33,572 nucleotides of DNA from Deltaproteobacteria bacterium (lineage in GTDB: Bacteria; Desulfobacterota; Desulfobacteria; Desulfobacterales; UBA11574). Positions 16,689 through 26,065 of the stretch are shown here, piece after piece. The DNA lies in assembly GCA_019313505.1 (NCBI GenBank), contig JAFDBA010000002.1:1-33572 (forward strand). Reading direction: 5' to 3'. Below the pieces are notes generated by a model. That model ran no database searches. It was not told where the DNA came from and saw nothing but the letters and a program-made list of their open reading frames with translations. Numbering within the stretch: the stretch's first letter is position 1; the number at the start of each line of letters is the position of its first letter. The translations under genes and the position numbers were made by a program.

Positions 16689-16717
16689 TTGACACCAATA
16701 TAAAATAAAAATACAAA
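16689..16717 (+). promoter_or_regulatory. Candidate sigma70 promoter of the ATPase-oxidoreductase cluster
   Basis: TTGACA-17 bp-TACAAA. Confidence 0.45.
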
Positions 16718-16778
16718 GCAGCTAAATTTTTAAGATAGAGACTTTGATTACAATGTTTCTGAAATCGGATTAAATAAA

Positions 16779-17474
16779 GTGGTGCAGGTTAAGGGAATTG
16801 TAGTAATTGTAGGCAACTACGGCAGCGGAAAAACCGAAGTTGCCATAAACCTTGCCGTGAATAGAAAACGTGCGGGTCTGGACGTTCGGATAGCAGATCT
16901 TGATCTTGTTAACCCCTACTTTAGAACCAGGGAGGCAAGGAAACCACTTGCCGAACTGGGTATTGATGTGGTTCTGCCCCCGGAAAAATATCTGCAGGCT
17001 GATCTACCCATTTTAAGTCCTGTTATAGCAGGTCTAATCCGACAACCGAGCCAACTGACACTGATAGATGCAGGAGGCGATGATGTGGGCGCCACCGTGC
17101 TTGCAACCCTTGCAGATTCATTTCGGAAAAGGCGTGTGCATATGCTCCAGGTCGTTAATCCTTATCGTCCGTTTACTGATACTGTAACAGGATGTTTGAA
17201 AATGCGAAACGAGATCGAAAAGGCTTCGAAGATGACCATAAACGGGATTATCGGCAACGCAAACCTGATAGATGAAACCACAATGGAAGATATATACAAA
17301 GGATATGATTTTGTTAAAGCATTGTCTGACGAAAGCCGGTTGCCACTCGAGTTTATCACAGCACCGGTAGAGCTTTTGCCGGAAATAGATGTAGAGCGTT
17401 TTGCCTGTCCGGTCTTATCTATAGAAAGACAACTTGTTCCGCCATGGAAAAAGGCTGCCGAGTTGCGCAAATAA
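16779..17474 (+). CDS. P-loop NTPase (MinD/ParA/CobQ-like) of unknown function
   Basis: GNYGSGKT Walker A, DLDLVNPYFR and IDAGGDDVGA motifs. Confidence 0.8.
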   Translation: MVQVKGIVVIVGNYGSGKTEVAINLAVNRKRAGLDVRIADLDLVNPYFRTREARKPLAELGIDVVLPPEKYLQADLPILSPVIAGLIRQPSQLTLIDAGGDDVGATVLATLADSFRKRRVHMLQVVNPYRPFTDTVTGCLKMRNEIEKASKMTINGIIGNANLIDETTMEDIYKGYDFVKALSDESRLPLEFITAPVELLPEIDVERFACPVLSIERQLVPPWKKAAELRK

Positions 17475-17560
17475 GTTGTTGAAAAGCTTTTAAGGTAGTA
17501 AATTTTTATACAATCGAGTTCATCATTGTTTAGATTATAGTTAAAGAGGAGTTAGAGTAT

Positions 17561-17791
17561 ATGGCATATAAACATACGATTAATAAGGACCTATGCAAAG
17601 GATGCGGACTATGTGTAGCTGTATGCCCAAAAAATGTGCTGGAAATTTCCGATCAAGTCAATTCTATGGGTTATTTCCCTGCATATCAAGCACGCCCTGA
17701 AGACTGCGTCTTCTGTACAACATGCTGCATAATGTGTCCTGATGTAGCTATAAGCATAACCAAGGTCGTTGAAGAAGAAGAGCAAGAATAA
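17561..17791 (+). CDS. 2[4Fe-4S] ferredoxin, delta subunit of 2-oxoacid:ferredoxin oxidoreductase
   Basis: [12 protein letters not shown] and [12 protein letters not shown]; GAGGAG RBS. Confidence 0.92.
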   Translation: MAYKHTINKDLCKGCGLCVAVCPKNVLEISDQVNSMGYFPAYQARPEDCVFCTTCCIMCPDVAISITKVVEEEEQE

Positions 17792-17804
17792 ACGGAGGAA
17801 AAAC

Positions 17805-18872
17805 ATGGGCAAAATATTAATGAAGGGAAATGAAGCGATCGGAGAGGCCGCAATCAGGGCTGGATGCCTTAATTACTTTGCCTATCCTATTACCCCTCAA
17901 TCTGAAGTTGCAGAATACCTTTCCCGCCGCATGCCGGAAGTGGGCGGTGTGTTTTTACAAGGGGAAAGTGAAATCGCCGTCGGGAACATGCTTTTTGGTG
18001 CTGCGGGATGCGGTGCCCGGGTTTTCACCACATCATCGAGTCCCGGTATAAGCCTTATGAGTGAAGCCATCAGTTATATCTCATCTGCCCAGTGCCCGGT
18101 TGTTTTTGTTAACATTGTACGCGGCGGTCCCGGACTTGGCGGGATTCTCCCTTCCCAGGCAGATTATTTCCAAGCCACGAAAGGAGGGGGACATGGGGAT
18201 TACAGGTTGCTTGTCATGGCACCGGCAAGTGTCCAGGAAGCTGTTGAGATGGTGATGACGGCATTTCCTCTGGCTGAAAAATATCGAAACCCTGTGATGA
18301 TTCTGGGTGACGGTTTGATCGGACAGATGATGGAACCGGTTGAATTTCCGGAGCACCTCAGGACTGAACCGAGCAATAAGGATGACTGGGCCACAAACGG
18401 TATGGATACTCGCAAAAGCAACAAGCCAAATCTGGTCAAATCTTTATTTTTAAGTGCGGAACTACTGGAAGAACATAATGTAATCTTAAAAGCAAAGTAC
18501 GATCGCATGAAGCAAGAAGAGGTTCGCTACGAACCGTATAACATTGATACGGATTACCAGGCGCTTATCGTCAGCTTTGGTACCATGAGCAGAGTTTGCA
18601 GAACAGTTATTGATGATTTAAAGGCCGAAGGTTTTGAGACGGCCATGATAAGACCCCAGACGCTTTTTCCCTTTCCTGAAGAACCGATAAAGCAGGCAGC
18701 TTTAAAAGAAAGCTGTAAAATCGTTTTAAGTATCGAGTTGAACATGGGACAGATGGTTGAAGATGTAGAGCGGAGTGTTCAGGGGACACGCCCTGTTCAT
18801 TGGTATGGGAAAGCCGGTGGTGATGTACCGACACCGGAAGAAGTAATCGATGTAATCAAGTCATTTTTTTAA
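17805..18872 (+). CDS. 2-oxoacid:ferredoxin oxidoreductase alpha subunit (2-ketoisovalerate/Vor-type)
   Basis: GGAGG RBS; MKGNEAIGEAA, YPITPQSE, TSSSPG, RGGPGLG and GGGHGDY motifs. Confidence 0.92.
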   Translation: MGKILMKGNEAIGEAAIRAGCLNYFAYPITPQSEVAEYLSRRMPEVGGVFLQGESEIAVGNMLFGAAGCGARVFTTSSSPGISLMSEAISYISSAQCPVVFVNIVRGGPGLGGILPSQADYFQATKGGGHGDYRLLVMAPASVQEAVEMVMTAFPLAEKYRNPVMILGDGLIGQMMEPVEFPEHLRTEPSNKDDWATNGMDTRKSNKPNLVKSLFLSAELLEEHNVILKAKYDRMKQEEVRYEPYNIDTDYQALIVSFGTMSRVCRTVIDDLKAEGFETAMIRPQTLFPFPEEPIKQAALKESCKIVLSIELNMGQMVEDVERSVQGTRPVHWYGKAGGDVPTPEEVIDVIKSFF

Positions 18873-18934
18873 AGTTTGATGTGGGATGTGAGATCTCAAG
18901 TCACAATTCACATATTGCATGAGGAGCAGATATA

Positions 18935-19687
18935 ATGGCAAAAACATTCAAAAAACCCGAAGCCCTTTCCGATCAGTCGACTCATTATTGCCCGGGTTGT
19001 ACCCACGGTATTATTCACCGCTTGGTGGCCGAAGTTATCGATGAACTGGGGATCAGGGGTCGGACCGTCGGTATTGCACCTGTGGGGTGTGCGGTTTTGG
19101 CCTATAATTATTTTACCTTCGATTTCCAGGAGGCAGCCCATGGACGGGCACCGGCAATGGCCACGGGAATAAAAAGGGTTCGCCCTGACCTGATAGTTTT
19201 TACCTATCAGGGTGACGGTGACCTGGCAAGTATCGGAATGGGAGAAATTATACATGCTGCCAACAGGGGAGAAAAGTTTACTACAATCTTTGTCAACAAC
19301 ACTGTCTATGGTATGACCGGAGGCCAGATGGCGCCCACAACATTGCAGGGCCAGCGAACCACCACCTCTCCTGCGGGACGTAATGTTGAAGAAGTCGGCA
19401 TGCCGGTTAAAATAGCCGAACTGTTATCTGCTTTAGAAACTCCTGCATATATTACGAGACAGGCCGTACTAAAGCCAAAGTACATCGTCAGGGCCAAGAA
19501 AGCCCTAAAAAAGGCCTTCCAGTATCAAATAGACGGCCGATGTTTCAGTCTGGTGGAATTTATAAGCACATGCCCTACCAACTGGGGGCTCACTCCGGTG
19601 GAGGCCATAAAGTGGGCCGAGGACAACATGCTTCCCTATTTCAAACTGGGCGAATATAAAACACCCGATGATGTTGAGGAGGACTGA
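18935..19687 (+). CDS. 2-oxoacid:ferredoxin oxidoreductase beta (TPP-binding) subunit
   Basis: HYCPGC, HGRA, GDGD...NN..YGMTGGQ and CPTNW motifs. Confidence 0.93.
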   Translation: MAKTFKKPEALSDQSTHYCPGCTHGIIHRLVAEVIDELGIRGRTVGIAPVGCAVLAYNYFTFDFQEAAHGRAPAMATGIKRVRPDLIVFTYQGDGDLASIGMGEIIHAANRGEKFTTIFVNNTVYGMTGGQMAPTTLQGQRTTTSPAGRNVEEVGMPVKIAELLSALETPAYITRQAVLKPKYIVRAKKALKKAFQYQIDGRCFSLVEFISTCPTNWGLTPVEAIKWAEDNMLPYFKLGEYKTPDDVEED

Positions 19688-20221
19688 ATGCAACGCGAAG
19701 TTATGTTTGCCGGTTTTGGAGGTCAGGGCATTCTGTTGATAGGAAATATCCTGGCACACACTGCAATGGAAGAAGGTTACGAGGTGGCGTGGGTTCCTTC
19801 TTATGGTCCTGAGATGCGTGGCGGGACCGCATATTGTCTGGTGGTTATCAGTGACAGGCCCATAGGTTCTCCGATTATCAGGAACCCTATGCATCTGGTG
19901 GCCATGAATCATCCTTCTTTGGAAAAATTTGCACCCATGGTAAAGCCAAACGGTGTTGTAGTTATCAATAGTTCATTAATCCACATTGGCTCAAACCGCG
20001 ATGATGTTGACGAACTTCTGGTACCGGCCAACGATATTGCAAACGACCTGGGTAGCATAAAAGTGGCCAATATTGTGGCCCTTGGCGCTTTTGTCGCTCG
20101 CAGCAAAATTGTCGACTTTGAAGTACTGCGCAAGTGCGTCCAAGAAAAGTTTTCTTCAAAAGAAAAGCTTATTCCAATAAATATGGCGGCTGTTGAAGAG
20201 GGGAAAAAAGCTGCCCGGTGA
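19688..20221 (+). CDS. 2-oxoacid:ferredoxin oxidoreductase gamma subunit
   Basis: AGFGGQG and PSYGPEMRGG motifs; directly abuts the beta-subunit stop codon. Confidence 0.93.
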   Translation: MQREVMFAGFGGQGILLIGNILAHTAMEEGYEVAWVPSYGPEMRGGTAYCLVVISDRPIGSPIIRNPMHLVAMNHPSLEKFAPMVKPNGVVVINSSLIHIGSNRDDVDELLVPANDIANDLGSIKVANIVALGAFVARSKIVDFEVLRKCVQEKFSSKEKLIPINMAAVEEGKKAAR

Positions 20222-20287
20222 AATAACGCACAAAACCCTAACTCAGATAAGCCGGAACCAAAAATCTTACAACTTGGCATCTAAAAT

Positions 20288-21397
20288 ATGAAGTTATCTG
20301 TTCCCGATTATATTTTATCAATAAAACCGTATACTCCCGGGAAACCCTTAGAAGAGCTTGAAAGGGAATATGGTATCTCTGATTCCATAAAACTCGCTTC
20401 TAATGAAAACCCTCTGGGTCCGTCTCCCATGGCTGTGAAGGCCATCAAAAACGCCATTGGAAAACTGAACAGGTATCCTGACGGAAGCGGTCATGACCTT
20501 ATCCAAAAAATTTCTAAACATCTCGGTTTATCACCACAGAACATTGTCTTGGGAAACGGTTCCGATGAAATTATAAGCATGCTTGCCTGTGGACTGCTTC
20601 AGCCGGGTGATGAGGCAATTCTTCCACATCCTTCCTTTCTAATGTATGAAATAATGATTCGCAGCGCCGGTGTAACACCGGTCTTTGTCCCTTTAAAGTC
20701 ACTTTCAATCGATTTGGAAGGAATAAAAGAAAGGATTACACCAAGAACCCGCATGGTTTTCCTGTGCAATCCAAACAATCCCACCGGAACGATTATTTTA
20801 AAAAAAGATTTTGAAAATTTTCTGAAAAAGATTCCACCAGAAGTGATTGTGGTGGTGGATGAGGCGTATATTGAATTTGTGCGTGATCAAAACTGTGCTA
20901 AAAGCATTGAATATCTTGATAATGACAGACCTTTGGTTACACTTAGAACCTTTTCCAAAGTTTATGGCCTGGCCGGGCTTCGTATCGGATATGGCGTTAT
21001 GCCGGATGAAATAGCAAATCTGTTGAACAGGATCAGGCTGCCGTTCAATACCAATTCCCTGGCTCAGACAGGCGCATGTGCGGCGCTTGAAGACGATGTT
21101 TTTCTTGCAGAGGTCATAACACTCATACATCAAGGTCTCGATTTTTTATATGATTCACTGGACAGGTTGGGAGTAAAATACTTTCCAACACAGACGAATT
21201 TTTTTCTGATAGACGTTTGCAAAGACGCCGATGAAATTTATGAAAGTATGCTCAGGCAGGGTGTTATTGTAAGGTCAATGAGATCGTATGGATATCCTAA
21301 TTATATCAGAATCAATGTCGGACTTCATGAAGAGAATGTTAAGTTTATTAAAGCGTTTGAAAAAAGCCTGACCCGGACAAACCGGAAAAGTGACTAA
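20288..21397 (+). CDS. hisC: Histidinol-phosphate aminotransferase
   Basis: KLASNENPLG, GNGSDE, NPNNPTG, DEAY and RTFSKVYGLAGLRIGY motifs. Confidence 0.94.
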   Translation: MKLSVPDYILSIKPYTPGKPLEELEREYGISDSIKLASNENPLGPSPMAVKAIKNAIGKLNRYPDGSGHDLIQKISKHLGLSPQNIVLGNGSDEIISMLACGLLQPGDEAILPHPSFLMYEIMIRSAGVTPVFVPLKSLSIDLEGIKERITPRTRMVFLCNPNNPTGTIILKKDFENFLKKIPPEVIVVVDEAYIEFVRDQNCAKSIEYLDNDRPLVTLRTFSKVYGLAGLRIGYGVMPDEIANLLNRIRLPFNTNSLAQTGACAALEDDVFLAEVITLIHQGLDFLYDSLDRLGVKYFPTQTNFFLIDVCKDADEIYESMLRQGVIVRSMRSYGYPNYIRINVGLHEENVKFIKAFEKSLTRTNRKSD

Positions 21398-21474
21398 ATT
21401 GGGCTAAATTTGATGTTCGCCTTGGGCGCGGCTAATTTATCAACCAGAAATCAGTAACGAGCATTGTTCCGACT

Positions 21475-22149
21475 TTGAAACGTCTTATTATTACCATAGA
21501 TGGTCCATCAGGGGCTGGCAAGACAACGGTAAGCAAGATACTGGCCGGTCGTCTGGAATACAGATATATTGATACTGGTGCTCTTTACAGAGGTGTCGCC
21601 CTGGAAGCGATATCAGCGGACATAAATCCAGATGACGACGCAGGTCTTGAAAATATATGCAGCTCTCTGAAAATGAAATTCGTGTACGGTGAAAAAGGGT
21701 TGCGCCTTATATCAAATGATTCGAATATCACGGATAAAATTCGGACGCCTGAAATATCGATGTTTGCCTCGGCAGCTTCTGCAAGACCGGTTGTAAGAAA
21801 TTTCCTTTTGGAATTACAAAGAGAACTGGGCAGGGAAAAAGGCGTTGTGTTTGAGGGGCGTGACATGGGTACTGTGGTGTTCCCTGATGCTGATGTGAAG
21901 TTTTATCTGGATGCATCACACAAAACCAGGTCGCTAAGACGATACCAGGAATTAGAATCGGAAACTTCTCAAACATTAAAGAGCGTGGAAAAGGATATCA
22001 AACGCCGGGACAAAAATGACAGTGCCCGGGATATAGCGCCCTTAAAGGCCGCAGAAGATGCCGTTATAATAGATTCCACCCATCTTTCTGTTCATGATGT
22101 TGTTGACCGGATGATGAGTGTTATTGGGAATATGCGTTACATAAAATAA
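21475..22149 (+). CDS. cmk: Cytidylate kinase
   Basis: IDGPSGAGKTT, DTGALYR, EGRDMGTVVFP and RRD..D..R motifs; TTG start. Confidence 0.95.
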   Translation: MKRLIITIDGPSGAGKTTVSKILAGRLEYRYIDTGALYRGVALEAISADINPDDDAGLENICSSLKMKFVYGEKGLRLISNDSNITDKIRTPEISMFASAASARPVVRNFLLELQRELGREKGVVFEGRDMGTVVFPDADVKFYLDASHKTRSLRRYQELESETSQTLKSVEKDIKRRDKNDSARDIAPLKAAEDAVIIDSTHLSVHDVVDRMMSVIGNMRYIK

Positions 22150-22224
22150 TCATTGTTTTTTAATAATTACTCTGATATCAGAACCGGTTATACAAAAAAA
22201 ATAGACTAGGGGGTATTTTGTTTA

Positions 22225-24327
22225 ATGGAAAATTTTAAAAAAACCGATTCAACCAAAGATTTAGGCTTCAACACTTTGTCTGATAAGCCTGTTGAAGAGC
22301 AATTAGATGAAGCAGGTATTGAGGAAAAAGAGATATTGAAAACCGATACGCCTGTTGAAGAGCAATCAGATGAAGCAGGTATTGAGGAAAAAGAGATATT
22401 GAAAACCGATACGCCTGTTGAAGATGCATTGTCCGATGATGTACAGCATGAGAGTGACGGTCCGGTAGAAGTTCAGAAACCAGATGACGTTCCGGCGGAA
22501 GTCCAGGAAACAGATGAGACGCCGGCGGAAATCCGGGAAGCAGATGACATTTCGGAACCTGTTCAGAAACCGAGTGAAGAATCAGAGTCTGTTCAAGAAA
22601 CGAGTGTCGGCCTGGAAGAAGTTAAAAAACCTGCTGAAGATATGGAAAGCTTGATGGATATGTACGAAGAAAGCTTCAAGCGTTTCACTGAAGGGTCGGT
22701 TGTTACCGGCCGGATAATTTCAGTTGATAAGGGTTATGTGCTAGTTGACATCGGGTACAAATCAGAAGGACAGATACGCATTCAAGAATTCACGGATGAA
22801 GATGGAAATTTAAACGCCAATATCGGTGATACGGTTGAGGTTATGGTGGAATGGTGGGATGAAGAAGAAGAACGTGTTATCCTTTCCAAAGAAAAGGCAG
22901 CCAAGGTCAAAGTATGGGAAGATATTAAAAAATGTTACGACGCAGAAAAGACAGTTGATGGCGTTATTATAAATCGTGTCAAGGGCGGTTTTTCCGTGGA
23001 TATAGGTGTCCAGGCCTTTTTGCCCGGTTCACAGGCCGATTTGCGTCCCATCCGCAAGCTCGATGAGATGGTCGGACAGACATTTACTTTCAAGATCCTA
23101 AAATATAACCGAAAACGGAGCAATATCGTTTTATCAAGAAGGGCTGTTCTTGAAGAGGAGCGCAGCACTATCCGAACTTCAACGTTAGCTTCCATCCACG
23201 ATGGTAAAGTTGTTGAGGGTATCATAAAGAATATCACGGAGTATGGTGTGTTTGTTGATCTTGGTGGCGTGGACGGTCTGCTCCATATTACAGATATTTC
23301 ATGGGGACGAGTGAAACACCCTTCAGAACTCTTTTCAGTAGGTGATGAGATAACTGTAAAGATCCTCAATCTTGACCTTGAAAAGGAGAGAGTTTCATTG
23401 GGCAAGAAACAACTTACCGAGGACCCCTGGTTAACCGCTTCAGAAAAGTATCCTGTGGGTTCCCGTATTATTGGAAAGGTTGTCAGTTTGACAGATTATG
23501 GCGCATTCATTGAATTGGAAGAAGGTATTGAAGGGCTGATTCATGTTTCTGAAATGTCATGGACCCGAAAGATTCGTCATCCTTCCAAAGTTGTTTCTTC
23601 GGGTGATGAAGTTGAGGCTGTTGTGCTTGACATCAGGCCTGAAAACAGACGGATTTCCCTTGGCATGAAGCAGGTTGTTCCGAATCCATGGGACGTCATT
23701 AGTGAAAAGTATCCGGTAGGTACGACTATTGAAGGTAAGATCAAGAATATCACCGATTTCGGTCTTTTTATCGGCATCGGTGAAGGAATCGACGGCCTTG
23801 TTCATATTTCCGATATCTCCTGGACCAAACGGATAAAACATCCATCAGAATTATATAAGAAAAATGATGTGATTCAGGCCATAGTTCTTGATATTGAGAA
23901 AAATCAAGAAAGGTTTTCTTTAGGGATAAAACAGTTGCATACGGACCCATGGAAAACTGTGGGCGAGCGGTATGAAGTCGGAAAAGAGATAACAGGTACT
24001 GTGACTAACCTTACAGATTTCGGGGTTTTTGTGGAACTCGAAGAAGGTATAGAAGGACTTGTGCATGTGTCTGAAATCAGCAATGAAAAGGTGAAAACCC
24101 CCATCGGCAGATTTAACGTAGCCGATGTCATCACCGCCAAAGTTATGAATATCAACAGCGTGGAAAGACGGATCGGCCTTTCGATCAAGCGACTTGAAAT
24201 TGAGGATGAGCAGAGCTTGCTGACCGAGTATGTCAATAACGTGGGACCCGCGACTTCAACCTTTGGAGAAATTTTACGTGAAAACCTTCAGGAAAAGTTA
24301 AATGATAATGATTCCGATGATAATTAA
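22225..24327 (+). CDS. rpsA: 30S ribosomal protein S1 with a long acidic N-terminal extension
   Basis: Six S1 domains (VDIGYKSEG, AFLPGS, GLLHITDISW, GLIHVSEMSW, GLVHISDISW, GLVHVSEIS); located downstream of cmk. Confidence 0.95.
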   Translation: MENFKKTDSTKDLGFNTLSDKPVEEQLDEAGIEEKEILKTDTPVEEQSDEAGIEEKEILKTDTPVEDALSDDVQHESDGPVEVQKPDDVPAEVQETDETPAEIREADDISEPVQKPSEESESVQETSVGLEEVKKPAEDMESLMDMYEESFKRFTEGSVVTGRIISVDKGYVLVDIGYKSEGQIRIQEFTDEDGNLNANIGDTVEVMVEWWDEEEERVILSKEKAAKVKVWEDIKKCYDAEKTVDGVIINRVKGGFSVDIGVQAFLPGSQADLRPIRKLDEMVGQTFTFKILKYNRKRSNIVLSRRAVLEEERSTIRTSTLASIHDGKVVEGIIKNITEYGVFVDLGGVDGLLHITDISWGRVKHPSELFSVGDEITVKILNLDLEKERVSLGKKQLTEDPWLTASEKYPVGSRIIGKVVSLTDYGAFIELEEGIEGLIHVSEMSWTRKIRHPSKVVSSGDEVEAVVLDIRPENRRISLGMKQVVPNPWDVISEKYPVGTTIEGKIKNITDFGLFIGIGEGIDGLVHISDISWTKRIKHPSELYKKNDVIQAIVLDIEKNQERFSLGIKQLHTDPWKTVGERYEVGKEITGTVTNLTDFGVFVELEEGIEGLVHVSEISNEKVKTPIGRFNVADVITAKVMNINSVERRIGLSIKRLEIEDEQSLLTEYVNNVGPATSTFGEILRENLQEKLNDNDSDDN
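22288..22424 (+). repeat. In-frame 63 bp tandem repeat (2 copies plus a partial) in rpsA
   Basis: Units start at 22288, 22351 and 22414; a single mismatch (tta/tca) between the two full units. Confidence 0.95.
22450..22629 (+). repeat. Degenerate in-frame 30 bp tandem repeat (6 copies) in rpsA
   Basis: ESDGPVEVQK/PDDVPAEVQE/TDETPAEIRE/ADDISEPVQK/PSEESESVQE/TSVGLEEVKK. Confidence 0.75.
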
Positions 24328-24344
24328 CAGCTAATAACAACACT

Positions 24345-25244
24345 ATGTTTTCTCGCAGACATCCATATCTTTTTTTTATCCTGACCTTTTCATCTGTTGT
24401 TGCGACAGCAATGATAGTGATGGTTCTTCTTTTTGTCCTCGGCACAAGAAATGCTGAATTTGAATTCGGAGAGAAAGTCGGTATCATAGAGATCAAAGGT
24501 ATTATTGCGGAGTCTAAAAATGTAATCCATAACATAAAACGCTTCCGGGAGGATGATTCCGTCAAAGCGATCGTGATCCGTATCGATTCTCCCGGTGGCG
24601 CCGTTGGTCCTTCACAGGAAATCTTCAGGGAGATCAGAAAGACTTCGAAATCCAAGAAAGTTGTGGCTTCCATGGGTACAATTGCTGCTTCCGGAGGCTA
24701 TTACATTGCTGCAGGGGCAGATGGAATTGTTGCCAATCCAGGGACAATAACCGGTAGCATTGGCGTTATCATGGGGTTTACTAATTATCAGGAACTGCTT
24801 GATAAAATCGGATTGGTTCCCATTGTGATCAAAAGTGGTAAATACAAGGATATCGGATCTCCGGTTCGAAAGATGAAGCCTGAAGAAAAGAGAATCCTTA
24901 AAGATTTTGCAAGAAAAATCCACAGACAATTTATTCAAGATATTGTTGAAGGCAGAACGATGGATAGGGCCAAGGTGGAATCTCTTGCTGACGGACGTAT
25001 CTTTACCGGAGAAGAATCAAAAAAACTTGGTCTGGTAGACCGGATCGGAAATTTTGAAGATGCCGTTGAATGGGCCGGCCGTTTGGGTGGTATTAAGGGA
25101 AAAATCTCCACGGTTTATGCCCGGGAGAAAAAATTTCCACTTTTAAGATATATTACGGATTCATCTGCTAAAGCGTTATTAAATCGAATCACGGATCCAT
25201 CTTTGTCTGCAAATTATCTATATACACCGGAAAAAGACCTCTAA
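24345..25244 (+). CDS. sppA: Signal peptide peptidase SppA (short S49 type)
   Basis: N-terminal TM segment; RIDSPGG, AASGGYY, TGSIGV and KSGKYKD motifs. Confidence 0.93.
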   Translation: MFSRRHPYLFFILTFSSVVATAMIVMVLLFVLGTRNAEFEFGEKVGIIEIKGIIAESKNVIHNIKRFREDDSVKAIVIRIDSPGGAVGPSQEIFREIRKTSKSKKVVASMGTIAASGGYYIAAGADGIVANPGTITGSIGVIMGFTNYQELLDKIGLVPIVIKSGKYKDIGSPVRKMKPEEKRILKDFARKIHRQFIQDIVEGRTMDRAKVESLADGRIFTGEESKKLGLVDRIGNFEDAVEWAGRLGGIKGKISTVYAREKKFPLLRYITDSSAKALLNRITDPSLSANYLYTPEKDL

Positions 25245-25313
25245 CCCGATCTAATAATCAATAATTAATTGTTGACTATTAACCATTATTTATTTAACCA
25301 CAAGCCTCCTTTG

Positions 25314-25922
25314 TCATTCAAAAACAGTTATGTCCCCCCGCCCTTTGCGGATAATCTCAGGCATGTCGTTAATCAGGGATACGACACTTGAAGGGTGGCC
25401 CGGAACAGGTCCACCATCAATTACCACATCTATTCTGGGATGAAAAAAATCATGAATAAGGGACGGATCGAAAAAATTGGTGCCATCAGGCATTGTGGCA
25501 CTTGTGGTGATAATCGGATTCCCCAGCATTTCAACAAGTTCAAGACATATCGGGTGATCCGGCATACGTATTCCGGCGGTTTTCCGCTTGGTAAGCATGA
25601 TTTTGGGAACAAGTTTGGATCCTTCCAGAACGAATGTATAAGGGCCCGGCAAAAGCCGTTTCATGGTTTTATATGCATAATTTGAAACCTTGGCATAATT
25701 GCTTATATTTTTGAGTCCCGAGCAGATAAAGCTAAATGGCTTTATTCTATTCCGCTGTTTTAACTGGTAAATCTTTTCAATCGCCTTTTTATTCATAATA
25801 TCGCAGCCAATTCCGTAGTAGGTGTCGGTTGGATAGGCGATAATACCCCCTTTTTTAAGGATCTCGACAACCTTTGTAATAAGTCGTGCCTGGGGATTCT
25901 TGGGGTTTATTTTAGCAAGCAT
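25314..25922 (-). CDS. YrdC/Sua5-domain protein (TsaC/YciO-like)
   Basis: AYPTDTYYG, K.R...KP, LPGPYT, GIRMP and TTSA motifs. N-terminal INPKNPQ.RL is YciO-like. Confidence 0.88.
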   Translation of the reverse strand: MLAKINPKNPQARLITKVVEILKKGGIIAYPTDTYYGIGCDIMNKKAIEKIYQLKQRNRIKPFSFICSGLKNISNYAKVSNYAYKTMKRLLPGPYTFVLEGSKLVPKIMLTKRKTAGIRMPDHPICLELVEMLGNPIITTSATMPDGTNFFDPSLIHDFFHPRIDVVIDGGPVPGHPSSVVSLINDMPEIIRKGRGDITVFE

Positions 25923-26065
25923 GACATTTATCTATTACGGGTATTAACGCAATGTCAAGGCGACTTATGAAAAATCATGACTAATAAAGATTGCAAAAAA
26001 CAGTTCCATTTGTTATGCGATCCTGAAAAAATAATAAATTAACGAAATCCTTCCTGGAGGAACCC

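Noticed and set aside
15379-16778. Integrative element at tRNA-Arg
   Set aside because: No integrase, and I found no duplicated tRNA 3' end (att site) downstream.
18880-18913. Imperfect hairpin atgtgggatgtga...tcacaattcacat between the oxidoreductase alpha and beta genes, and similar heptamer runs at 25253-25291
   Set aside because: Too short and degenerate to support an ncRNA or regulator call; likely repeat remnants or weak stem-loops.
22288-22629. Tandem repeats as a possible CRISPR array
   Set aside because: The units are contiguous, have no unique spacers, are in frame within rpsA, and there are no cas genes.
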